A DNA stretch of 64,000 nt, taken from contig JAPKNN010000004.1 in NCBI GenBank assembly GCA_040266715.1, positions 2,191 to 66,190 of the forward strand, written 5' to 3'. Shown piece after piece: positions 41,403 through 50,736 of the stretch. A model generated the notes under the pieces. The model was given only the letters and a program-made list of their open reading frames with translations. It ran no database searches and was not told where the DNA came from. Position 1 is the first letter of the stretch, and the number at the start of each line of letters is the position of its first letter. The translations under genes and the position numbers were made by a program. The DNA comes from Paracoccaceae bacterium (GTDB lineage Bacteria > Pseudomonadota > Alphaproteobacteria > JAPKNN01).

Positions 41403-44358
41403 GCATACGGCTCCCTTTTGGATCAAACATAACAGGATGTACTATTTCTACTTCAACATCACTATTATGTACAAGTGATATTGCACGTATTTTTTCTGTT
41501 ATCCGATGGGTCCCTCGTTGTAAAAAACCCAAACCTATATATCTTTCATGTATAGGAGAATACACAACAGAGGATATCCATCCCTGATCATTTTCAGTTG
41601 TTATATCCTTATTTTTCTCAACGAAGTGGGCTCCTGCATATAATCTTTGTGAAGGATCCTTTGGCCTTACACCCACGAGTCTTAAGCCATCGGCTGCGGT
41701 TAAACCTTCTCTGTAAGCTAGCGTTTTACCTATAAAATCTTTTTTTTGGGAAAGTAATTTTTTCATACCTAAATGATGTGCGCTTATTTGCCCATTTAAT
41801 TCATTTCCTGCAGGATGACCTTTTTCCACACGCATTACACCTAAAGCCTCTGTTCCGTAGGGTGTAAGGTGTAAATCTTCACCCAAAGTCATGAGTAAGC
41901 GTATTAACGCATCGCCGTATCTGGCTGCAACAGATATCTCATAGGCCAGTTCGCCTGAAAAAGAAATGCGATATAAACGAGCAGGAATACCGTTACATAT
42001 AGTGAGTTCTTGGCAAGCCATAAATGGAAAGGCTTCATTACTGATATCAAATTGCGGATCAATTAAACGTTGCAATAATATACGAGAATTAGGACCTGCA
42101 ATTGCATATTGTGCACAATAATCTGTAATGGATTGTAAATGCACATCCATATGTGGGTAAAGGCATTGGCGACAAAATTCTAAATGCCTAAATACGGACC
42201 CAGCATTCGCCGTTGTTGTTGTCATAATGTAGTGTGTGTCCGACAGTCTTGCTGTTGTTCCATCATCCATAACCATGCCATCTTCGCGTAACATAAGACC
42301 ATAACGCACTTTACCTATAGTTAATTTAGCAAAATTATTCGCATACACATTGTTCAGAAATGCTGCAGAATCAATGCCCTTTATATCAATTTTGCCTAAA
42401 GTTGAGACATCACAAACGCCTACCGAGTTACGCGTTGCCATAACCTCTCTGTCTACGGATTCACGCCAATAATCCTCTTTTGGAAGAGGGTACCATTGTG
42501 CACGTAGCCATAATCCTGCTTCAACAAAAATTGCTCCCCTCTCTTTTGCCCATTGATGGCTAGGAGGCAATCTGTAGGGTCTATAATGTTTTCCCTTATA
42601 CCGTCCTGCTAAAGATGCTATCGGTATAGACGTATAAGGTGGTCTATATATTGTCGTACCTACTTGTGCGGCAGGTTGTGCTAATTGCTGGCTAAGTAAG
42701 CCAATTGCATTGACATTAGAAGTTTTTCCCTGATCCGTAGCCATGCCCAGAGTCGTATAACGTTTCAGATGTTCAACACTATGAAAACCTTCTTGACAAG
42801 ATAATTGTATATCTTTTACAGTTACATCATTTTGTAAATCCACAAAAGCTTTTATCGATTTATTAACAACCCAGCAGGGAGTAATTGTATAATTCTTTAT
42901 ATCTTCTTGAATAATGTTAGCTGCTATTTTCTTTTTCTTAAATCCAAGATCTTTTATAATTTGCCCTACTTTTTGGAACGCGTCTTTATAAACTTGTTCA
43001 GCTCCCATATAGCCATTTACAGAGCCAGCAGTCGACATTCCTTCGGGTAAATTTTTGATATCAGGTATAAAACTTGCAATCCCCTCATCCCATTTAGGGC
43101 GGCTTCTGTGATGACACGATAGATGAAGTGTTGGATTCCATCCTCCTGAAACGCCAACACAATCGGAATGAATAATCGTTTTATCATCAAGCGTGACAGA
43201 AGAAACAGAATGACGGCCTGATGTGGTTACAATTTTTCTTCCTAAATAAACATCTATGTTTTTTATTTCACAGCGTGGAGTAATTGACCTGCTATCAATA
43301 ACAGCCTTAACGGGAAAGTTCATGTCACATAGATCTTTTGCTGTCTTCCAACCCGAGTCATTATTTGTATAAATGATAATGTTGCGGCCGCAAGCTACAC
43401 CATATCGTTTTGCGTAGGTTAGAACGCTATTCGCGAGCATAATACCTGGTCTATCATTATTATTAAAGGGAATGAGGCGCTCAGTGCTACCTGCACACAG
43501 CAACGAACGCTTCGCATAGACACGCCATAGAATATGTCTTGGTTGCTGCATAGTGAGAGCTGGAGATATGTGATCATTCAAGCGTTCTAAAACCCCATAA
43601 ACCCCATGATCATACACACCAAAAACGGTTGAACGTTTCATTAATTGCACATTGGGTAAGGATTCTAACTGCTTTATCGTTTCTTGTATCCATTGAAACG
43701 ATTCACACGAATTGATACTCGCAGTATCAGTAAGAATGTGTCCACCCCAAATAAAATCATCATGTACGAGTAAGACACGAAGACCCGATAAACCCGCAAC
43801 CAAAGTAGATTGAAGTCCTGCAATCCCTCCGCCTATAACCAGTAAATCGCAATGTAGAAAACCTTTTTCATAAGAACTAGGGTCTGATATGCCCGATAAC
43901 TTACCTAATCCTGCCGCATTACGTATAATGGGCTCATATACTTTTTCCCAAAAAGATTTTGGCCACATAAAAGTTTTATAGTAGAATCCTGCACTTAAAA
44001 TAGGCGAAATGTAATCGTTAACAGCTAAAAAATCGTATTTTAAAGTCCCTCTATAATTTTGGCTATAGGCTTGCATTCCATCAAATAATTCACTTTTCGT
44101 AGCAAGTACATTTGGTTCTTTAAATGCTTTTGTCTTATGTAGAGTAACTAGTGCATTGGGTTCTTCATAACCTGCACTTAATATGCCGCGAGGGCGATGG
44201 TATTTGAAAGAACGCCCTACCAAACGCACACCATTAGCCAATAAAGCAGAGGCTAATGTATCTCCCTTGTAACCCATGTAGGTCGTATTATCAAAATGAT
44301 ACCTTACTGGAGTTTGATAATCCACCAATCCTTTTCCCATGCGATAGGTATGTGACAT
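41395..44358 (-). CDS. soxA: Sarcosine oxidase subunit alpha
   Basis: GDTLASALLANG, GRSFKYHRPRG, EHLKRYTTLGMATDQGK, DVSTLGKI, GcvT-like C-terminal part. Confidence 0.96.
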   Translation of the reverse strand: MSHTYRMGKGLVDYQTPVRYHFDNTTYMGYKGDTLASALLANGVRLVGRSFKYHRPRGILSAGYEEPNALVTLHKTKAFKEPNVLATKSELFDGMQAYSQNYRGTLKYDFLAVNDYISPILSAGFYYKTFMWPKSFWEKVYEPIIRNAAGLGKLSGISDPSSYEKGFLHCDLLVIGGGIAGLQSTLVAGLSGLRVLLVHDDFIWGGHILTDTASINSCESFQWIQETIKQLESLPNVQLMKRSTVFGVYDHGVYGVLERLNDHISPALTMQQPRHILWRVYAKRSLLCAGSTERLIPFNNNDRPGIMLANSVLTYAKRYGVACGRNIIIYTNNDSGWKTAKDLCDMNFPVKAVIDSRSITPRCEIKNIDVYLGRKIVTTSGRHSVSSVTLDDKTIIHSDCVGVSGGWNPTLHLSCHHRSRPKWDEGIASFIPDIKNLPEGMSTAGSVNGYMGAEQVYKDAFQKVGQIIKDLGFKKKKIAANIIQEDIKNYTITPCWVVNKSIKAFVDLQNDVTVKDIQLSCQEGFHSVEHLKRYTTLGMATDQGKTSNVNAIGLLSQQLAQPAAQVGTTIYRPPYTSIPIASLAGRYKGKHYRPYRLPPSHQWAKERGAIFVEAGLWLRAQWYPLPKEDYWRESVDREVMATRNSVGVCDVSTLGKIDIKGIDSAAFLNNVYANNFAKLTIGKVRYGLMLREDGMVMDDGTTARLSDTHYIMTTTTANAGSVFRHLEFCRQCLYPHMDVHLQSITDYCAQYAIAGPNSRILLQRLIDPQFDISNEAFPFMACQELTICNGIPARLYRISFSGELAYEISVAARYGDALIRLLMTLGEDLHLTPYGTEALGVMRVEKGHPAGNELNGQISAHHLGMKKLLSQKKDFIGKTLAYREGLTAADGLRLVGVRPKDPSQRLYAGAHFVEKNKDITTENDQGWISSVVYSPIHERYIGLGFLQRGTHRITEKIRAISLVHNSDVEVEIVHPVMFDPKGSRMHG

Positions 44359-44637
44359 TTACAATCCTTTTGTAGAGATTTCACTTGCCAAGGCAACGGC
44401 TATTATTTCATGCGTTGTTGTATTGCGTGTAATAACAAGCCACGACCTGTCACCATGTTCATGATACCATAATTCTCTATGAGAACTACTGGGGTTATCA
44501 CGTAAATACGTATAGTCATAAAATTTATCTAAACTATCAGGGTTATTTGATTCAGGTCGAAACATCAGGCTAGCATCACCTAAATAAACAAACTCATCCG
44601 CATCGCGCGGTCCTAATAGTGGGTGATGTATAATCAT
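44359..44637 (-). CDS. soxD: Sarcosine oxidase subunit delta
   Basis: GPRD..EF.YLGDA, YLRDNP, ELWYH..G, TRNTTTHEI. Confidence 0.92.
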   Translation of the reverse strand: MIIHHPLLGPRDADEFVYLGDASLMFRPESNNPDSLDKFYDYTYLRDNPSSSHRELWYHEHGDRSWLVITRNTTTHEIIAVALASEISTKGL

Positions 44638-44681
44638 ACTCTCCTTCCTCTTAATTTATCAATCCCTCTTCTATTACATTA

Positions 44682-45932
44682 TCAATGTAAATTTGGTTGC
44701 GCTCCCATACCTTTCTCATCAAGCATATAACCTTTCATAAAGCGCTCAAAACAAAATGCCTTTGCTAGGGTGTGTGGTTCATCTTTAGCTAAAAGATGAG
44801 CATAACAATAGCCACTAGCAGGAATAGCTTTAAATCCGCCATAACACCAACCTCCATTAAAATAAAGGCCTGTAATTGTTGTCTTATCAATAATGGGCGA
44901 ACCATCCATAGACATATCCATTACTCCTCCCCAATGCCTTAATAGTTTTGCACGCCCTATCATTGGCATAAGTGCCATACCTTCTTCACACACTTCTTCA
45001 ACAATCGGTAAATTGCCTCGTTGTGCATAACTATTATAGCCATCTATATTCCCTCCAAAAACGAGCCCGCCTTTGTCGGATTGCGATATATAAAAATGGC
45101 CCGCACCAAATGTAATAACACCAGGTATTATGGGTTTAACACCCTCCGTAACAAAGGCTTGTAGAACATGGCTTTCTATTGGAAGACGTATACCTGCCAT
45201 TTGCATGACCTTGCTTGAAGATCCAGCTACGCATACTGCAACTTTTTTTGCCTTTATAACACCTTTGCTTGTTTCCACACCATAGCAATGTCCTTTTTTT
45301 ATCAGCAGATTCTGCACCTCACAATTTTGGATAATATCTACGCCTCGCTTATCAGCAGCCCTAGCATAACCCCAAGCAACAGCGTCATGCCTTGCAGTAC
45401 CAGCTCTCTTTTGTAATAAACCACCTATAATCGGAAAACGAGAATTATCAAAATCTAAGAAAGGACACATTGTCCTAACAGCTTGTGCATCAAGTATTTC
45501 GGCATCAGCACCTGACATACGCATGGCATTACCGCGACGAACATAGGCATCACGTTGAGGGTCCGTATGGCAAAGGTTCAAAATTCCCCTTTGTGAGACC
45601 ATTACATTATAATTGAGTTCTTGCTCTAAATTTTCCCATAATTTTATAGAAAATTCATAAAAGGGCTGATTTCCTGCCAATAAATAATTAGAGCGTATTA
45701 TCGTCGTATTTCTACCAACATTACCCGAACCTAGCCAGTTTTTTTCAAGGACAGCTATATTTTTTATCTTATATTTCTCTGCCAAATAATAAGCTGTAGA
45801 TAAGCCATGACCGCCACCGCCAATTATTATGATATCATAGGCAGGTTTTGGTTCTATAGACCGCCATTGGCGCTCCCAAGACCTATGGCCCGTTATAGCT
45901 TCCTTTACAAGTCTAAAAATGGAATAGCGCAT
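44682..45932 (-). CDS. soxB: Sarcosine oxidase subunit beta
   Basis: GGGGHGL, GNVGRNTTIIRSNY, ARHDAVAWGYAR, GWCYGGFKA. Confidence 0.96.
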   Translation of the reverse strand: MRYSIFRLVKEAITGHRSWERQWRSIEPKPAYDIIIIGGGGHGLSTAYYLAEKYKIKNIAVLEKNWLGSGNVGRNTTIIRSNYLLAGNQPFYEFSIKLWENLEQELNYNVMVSQRGILNLCHTDPQRDAYVRRGNAMRMSGADAEILDAQAVRTMCPFLDFDNSRFPIIGGLLQKRAGTARHDAVAWGYARAADKRGVDIIQNCEVQNLLIKKGHCYGVETSKGVIKAKKVAVCVAGSSSKVMQMAGIRLPIESHVLQAFVTEGVKPIIPGVITFGAGHFYISQSDKGGLVFGGNIDGYNSYAQRGNLPIVEEVCEEGMALMPMIGRAKLLRHWGGVMDMSMDGSPIIDKTTITGLYFNGGWCYGGFKAIPASGYCYAHLLAKDEPHTLAKAFCFERFMKGYMLDEKGMGAQPNLH

Positions 45933-46058
45933 GCTTATTAAATATCTTACATCTAGGCACTTGTAGCTAAGTTGCCTACTTTGAAGTACAATACTGTAAA
46001 CTTATTTTTTCTGCAATGAAAAATATTTATAAGATATAAAATAGAAGGGAACTGAAAT

Positions 46059-46096
46059 AAAAACCCCCAATCATACAAATATGATTGGGGGTTTTT
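46059..46096. terminator. Rho-independent (bidirectional-type) terminator of the large surface-protein gene
   Basis: Perfect 17-bp inverted repeat AAAAACCCCCAATCATA-caaa-TATGATTGGGGGTTTTT, 18 nt after the stop codon. Confidence 0.88.
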
Positions 46097-46114
46097 AATG
46101 TCTTTAACAATAAG

Positions 46115-49100
46115 CTACATTGTCCAACTTGCTTCCGGAGCAACGTCTACTACAAGGATGTTTTCATCTTCTCCTGTAAACGACACTTCATAAGTTCCTA
46201 TTGTATCAATGTCTGTTTCAGTTATATCAATACTACTATCTTGGTCATTTGCAAAGTGACTTTCTCCATTTTGAGTGGTAACAGTGTTATCCTTGGCTGT
46301 TAAAAGTTCATTTATAAGATTATAAACGGTAGCATCATGGTCAACAATTTTTATTTCTATATTTAGATAGATATCTTGCAAATCATCCTCATAAAAATCT
46401 TGGTGGAGTATAAATGTAATACTAGCGCCGTTAATATACTTATTGTCACTGTCTAAAAAATTACCATCTTTAATTACGCGAACCGAATGCGTATAACTTG
46501 GTTCTGTCGTAATATCTGCATCCGAAGAAGGAATGAGTGAATATAAAGCATCTATAAGTCCGTCTTCAAAATCAGTATCATCTTCAATTATTCCTGCTAT
46601 AGGTAGCGACATAACCAATGTATCATTTTCTACACTTAACAGCCCTTTAAAAGCATTAGCAATTTGCTGTTTTTTTTCTGATGTTGTTTCCGGTGGCATG
46701 TAATAATCAACCTTTTCACTAAGATAGTCATCAATTTGATCAAGTCCTTCTTGCAATTCTGCACCTGTTACCATTTTACTTACATAATTATTATGTTCAT
46801 CATCATATCCATAGTGACCATCATACCCAGCTTCAAACAAACCAAAATATTCAGAAAGTAGTTTATAGTTCTGTTCATTATATTCTTCTATGTCTATTCT
46901 AATATTATAGGACGCATGTCCTGGATAAGATACTGTATAGGATTGTATTCCTCCTAAAATATAATTTCCATCTGTGTCAATATAACCTGTTGAATTCTGC
47001 GCAATAGTAAGTTCTCCTGCACCTGTAACATCATACGAACCAAGAACATAGCTATCAACGAATGCTTTAATATTATCAATAAGATAAGGTTCAAAGAATT
47101 CATTATCGGCTCTTCCTGCGACAGGTACTTTAACTACAATTGTATGCATATTCTCAATTGTTATATTTGTATTAAGAAGCGTTTGAATTGCAGCTAAATC
47201 AAAAACATCACCATCATTGTGGTCCCTAATACCCATAACCATTAATTCTCTAGCTTGTATTAAAACAGCTTCCAATTCCGCATCCGTCAACATCACTCCT
47301 GTAACATCAGTATAATCATGCCGACTATTATGATAATCAACAGAACGTATATTAACCCTTACATTCGTATAATAGGCATTGTCATCGCGTAAAGAACCCT
47401 CTGGCAAGCTTTTATCATAGACCTTCACAGTGAATTCTACAGTTTCGCCTTGAATATAATCACCTCTTCCATCAATCAAATTAGTTAAGAGTGCATCAAA
47501 ATTATCTGGTTTTTCAATTATGTAATCAACTACTCCATCATCGTCTGCATGTGAAAATTCCTCGATGATAATATTAACAAGTTGATCGACCGCTAACAAG
47601 CCCACAGGTTTTTTTCCACCTACTGGCAGGTCAATAACGAGATCGCCTGTTTCATGGTCAAAATAAATCATTTCTTCAAGAATTCTTTGAACAAGCTTAT
47701 CTTGGCTTCCTGCGCTTCCTTGTGAAGTATGCTTAGAACCCGTAGATTTATAATTATCTTTAATTCTAGTGAAAATCGCTGATACATGACTTTCAGCCTT
47801 ATCACTATCAAAATCCTCGAATTCTGGTGGTACGATTTCTATAATAAAACTATCATCAACGACTATGCTTGAACCCGCTTCAGCTATAAGACCAGAAAAA
47901 GTAAATGTTACCTCTCCATCATGAGCAATGGTACCTTTTTCTGTCCTAGCCAATATAAACTTTAATGTTTTCCATTCATCATAAGTTATAGTATCTCCAT
48001 CGTTAAATTCCTTACCTGTACTATCAACGATCCTTCCCAGATCTGCTAAATCCGTAGCTCCTGAGGATGAGTTGCTTACGGTTATACTAATAGTCGTTTG
48101 CGTAACCTCACTTGCTTTAATTTCAGTACCATCTTCGTAATAAATACCTTCAACCTCAATTACAAATTCCTCTACTTTTTTTGAGTTTTGAGATGCTTTC
48201 TTAGTGTGACCTTTAGAATAGGATTTAGGTGTTTCCAAATAGGAAAAAGCAAGTGTATTATTATCCACAACATCAACTTTCAGATTTTTCCCAACATAAT
48301 TACCTAATTTAATAACGCGATCATACGTCGTTCCTTGATCTATAGTAAAGCCAAACAAACTGTCTTCAGCACTCACAAACCCGTACTTCACGGCTGCAGC
48401 ATCACTAACAAATGTAAGTTCTCCACTATTTACCCCTGTATCAACAATTGTAAAATCAGCGGCAGAAACGGCAATATTACTTAAATCCGTTAACCATTCT
48501 ATCTCAAGCACATCTCCGAAAGTAAAATCTTCAAATGTACTGTGATGCTCTAAGTATACATATTGCGTATTAGAATCTGTAAAAGGAACAAAACTAATCA
48601 GACCTGTATCTGTCGTATAATATGATGCAGTGTTTCCTTGTAAATCTTCATACGAATATTTCTCAATATGGAAAATATCTTTACCACCAAATCCTACATA
48701 TGTGACTTTTGAGCTGACTGGCCAAAAGGGGTCATTCTCATCCACATAATACTCTCCCGTCGTTGTATCGTACTGGACTTTCTCAAGCTCTTGGACCCCT
48801 AAAGCTATGGAAAAGACCTCATCATCGCGTGTACCATAAAAATCGTAAGTAGGGTCACTCTGTGTACCTGTAAAGACAATCTCACCATAATACTCTTCAC
48901 TGCCATGCCCTCTATAGTTTTCTGCCAACAAACACCCAATATATTCCAATAAAAGCTTAGCTTGTTCTGGTGTAATCTCACCTGCGTTACTATCAAGTAG
49001 ACCTAGTGCCGCTTCAATTGTTACACCATGACCAACAAAATTACCCTGCGGGATTTGGAATTTTCCGCTTCCTGTAATTTTAGTTGTAATTGTGGACATG

Positions 49101-50122
49101 TCCGTGCCTGCTGTAACCGTTATAGTCACACCCTCCTCAACACTAACTTCGGATGCCCCTTTAATCTTTGATATATTAACTGTTGTCTGTCCATTCGAAT
49201 CCGTTTTTTTAATACGTATTACCGAATCCTCAGAACATTCAATCTCAAAACTAGCAATTTGCTCTACCGAAAAAGTTACATCGGAGTGCACATAAATCTT
49301 TGCATTATCGGGAAGTGTTAAAAGGCTTGCATCTACTTGGCCATATATATGTATAATATCATTATTCACATCAAAGGCTTTAATAACATCACCTGAAACA
49401 AGATCTGAAACCGTATTACCATTAAGGTCGGACAGAGACATAACAGAAGAAAGATTATCAGAAACACCTGTTGTTCCTCTATTCGCTAAATTAATATCAG
49501 CAACACTATATTGATTTGCTGTTGTCACACCAACGATGACAATGATATCGCGTCCAGAATCGGAAAGTGTAATATCATCAGCACCAGCTCCTGCCCTAAT
49601 AATGTTATACCCAGTATTTGAAGACGCTCCTGTAGAAATTACATCATTACCTGCTCCACTAGATACACTATCATCTCCAGCATTTGTAATAATTTCATCA
49701 GCACCGCTACCTGTGGTGATGGTATCATCACCAGAACCTGTAAAAATTTGATCATGTCCGCCATTTCCGTAAATGATAAGATCATTCGTCAAGGCTTCAT
49801 AATCCATTAAATCATTACCGTTCGTAATACCTTGTGCGGTTGTCCCATCAAATTCACGAGCCAAAAAATTTGTTGTGTCCGACGTTGAAGCGTCAGTACC
49901 ACCACCACCACCACACGCAGCTAGGGGTGCAAACGCCAACATATACATTAAGCGATTCTTATCTTTTTGTACGAAAGCTTTTTGTTTTCTTATCCCCAAA
50001 CCATGAGCTTGCATAATATGTGTGATCTGATCAACCGAGTTCTTGCCTGCTTGTTTATTGTTGGCAGTTTCTGTTGTTATTTTTGCCTGTCTTTTAGTTG
50101 AATATGGTTGAATAATTTTCAT
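46115..50122 (-). CDS. Large acidic Ca-binding RTX-like surface protein with lipobox-like LAAC-GGGGG motif
   Basis: AGAAGGA RBS; LAFAPLAAC70GGGGG; GNGGHD/TGSGDD/TGSGAD/SGAGND/AGAGAD nonapeptides; rich in D/E/T/S/G; three C-terminal repeats of about 170 aa. Confidence 0.75.
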   Translation of the reverse strand: MKIIQPYSTKRQAKITTETANNKQAGKNSVDQITHIMQAHGLGIRKQKAFVQKDKNRLMYMLAFAPLAACGGGGGTDASTSDTTNFLAREFDGTTAQGITNGNDLMDYEALTNDLIIYGNGGHDQIFTGSGDDTITTGSGADEIITNAGDDSVSSGAGNDVISTGASSNTGYNIIRAGAGADDITLSDSGRDIIVIVGVTTANQYSVADINLANRGTTGVSDNLSSVMSLSDLNGNTVSDLVSGDVIKAFDVNNDIIHIYGQVDASLLTLPDNAKIYVHSDVTFSVEQIASFEIECSEDSVIRIKKTDSNGQTTVNISKIKGASEVSVEEGVTITVTAGTDMSTITTKITGSGKFQIPQGNFVGHGVTIEAALGLLDSNAGEITPEQAKLLLEYIGCLLAENYRGHGSEEYYGEIVFTGTQSDPTYDFYGTRDDEVFSIALGVQELEKVQYDTTTGEYYVDENDPFWPVSSKVTYVGFGGKDIFHIEKYSYEDLQGNTASYYTTDTGLISFVPFTDSNTQYVYLEHHSTFEDFTFGDVLEIEWLTDLSNIAVSAADFTIVDTGVNSGELTFVSDAAAVKYGFVSAEDSLFGFTIDQGTTYDRVIKLGNYVGKNLKVDVVDNNTLAFSYLETPKSYSKGHTKKASQNSKKVEEFVIEVEGIYYEDGTEIKASEVTQTTISITVSNSSSGATDLADLGRIVDSTGKEFNDGDTITYDEWKTLKFILARTEKGTIAHDGEVTFTFSGLIAEAGSSIVVDDSFIIEIVPPEFEDFDSDKAESHVSAIFTRIKDNYKSTGSKHTSQGSAGSQDKLVQRILEEMIYFDHETGDLVIDLPVGGKKPVGLLAVDQLVNIIIEEFSHADDDGVVDYIIEKPDNFDALLTNLIDGRGDYIQGETVEFTVKVYDKSLPEGSLRDDNAYYTNVRVNIRSVDYHNSRHDYTDVTGVMLTDAELEAVLIQARELMVMGIRDHNDGDVFDLAAIQTLLNTNITIENMHTIVVKVPVAGRADNEFFEPYLIDNIKAFVDSYVLGSYDVTGAGELTIAQNSTGYIDTDGNYILGGIQSYTVSYPGHASYNIRIDIEEYNEQNYKLLSEYFGLFEAGYDGHYGYDDEHNNYVSKMVTGAELQEGLDQIDDYLSEKVDYYMPPETTSEKKQQIANAFKGLLSVENDTLVMSLPIAGIIEDDTDFEDGLIDALYSLIPSSDADITTEPSYTHSVRVIKDGNFLDSDNKYINGASITFILHQDFYEDDLQDIYLNIEIKIVDHDATVYNLINELLTAKDNTVTTQNGESHFANDQDSSIDITETDIDTIGTYEVSFTGEDENILVVDVAPEASWTM

Positions 50123-50180
50123 TAGAATCCTTCTTGCTTAACTAAATTTATGTTTATTCTTAAATCATGCTTTCTATTAG

Positions 50181-50219
50181 CATCTTAAATTATACAATTA
50201 ACATTTTAAATTATACAAT
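50181..50219. repeat. Direct repeat CATyTTAAATTATACAAT x2 with a 21-bp period
   Basis: 17 of 18 positions identical, 60-100 bp upstream of the surface-protein start. Confidence 0.8.
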
Positions 50220-50477
50220 CTTCCGTGCACCTCATATATCCATATACTGCAGATAAAAAGCAGAACCAAAACTACCTATTCTGCGTACACGTATAGCCCA
50301 AAATTGTGAAATTAGCATTCACATTCCTACCATAATTAGTTATAATATACATATAACCAGCGGGAAAATTAAGTACTATTCCTCACAATGTCAAGTTAAA
50401 AATGCTCTCATATAGAATTTCTATGCTTAATAAAATGTATAATTAATCGCTTTTTTTACTATCGTTAATATCGTATA

Positions 50478-50494
50478 GTTAACACTACTTTAAC
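50478..50494. promoter_or_regulatory. Putative CtrA binding site
   Basis: GTTAA-cactact-TTAAC, symmetric match to the full CtrA consensus. Confidence 0.45.
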
Positions 50495-50736
50495 ATTGAC
50501 ACAATTTACTTGTATTATTACACGCACGCAAATGTGGTGATTTATCAAAATCACCTTTTCTCATGCAGTGCAATGGGTAATTGTTGCGAGAATATATTCA
50601 TAAAATGGCAATTTAATTTTTATTATTCTTTTCATACTTGAAAAAGTATTTTTTATCCCCTAATGTGCAGGGGTAAATTTCTTTACGTGAAAAATCTGTA
50701 GTAAATTAAACATTCATTTTGTAGGAGAATAAGATT

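Noticed and set aside
48261-48269. Perfect DnaA box TTATCCACA
   Set aside because: A single copy inside a coding region, compatible with chance
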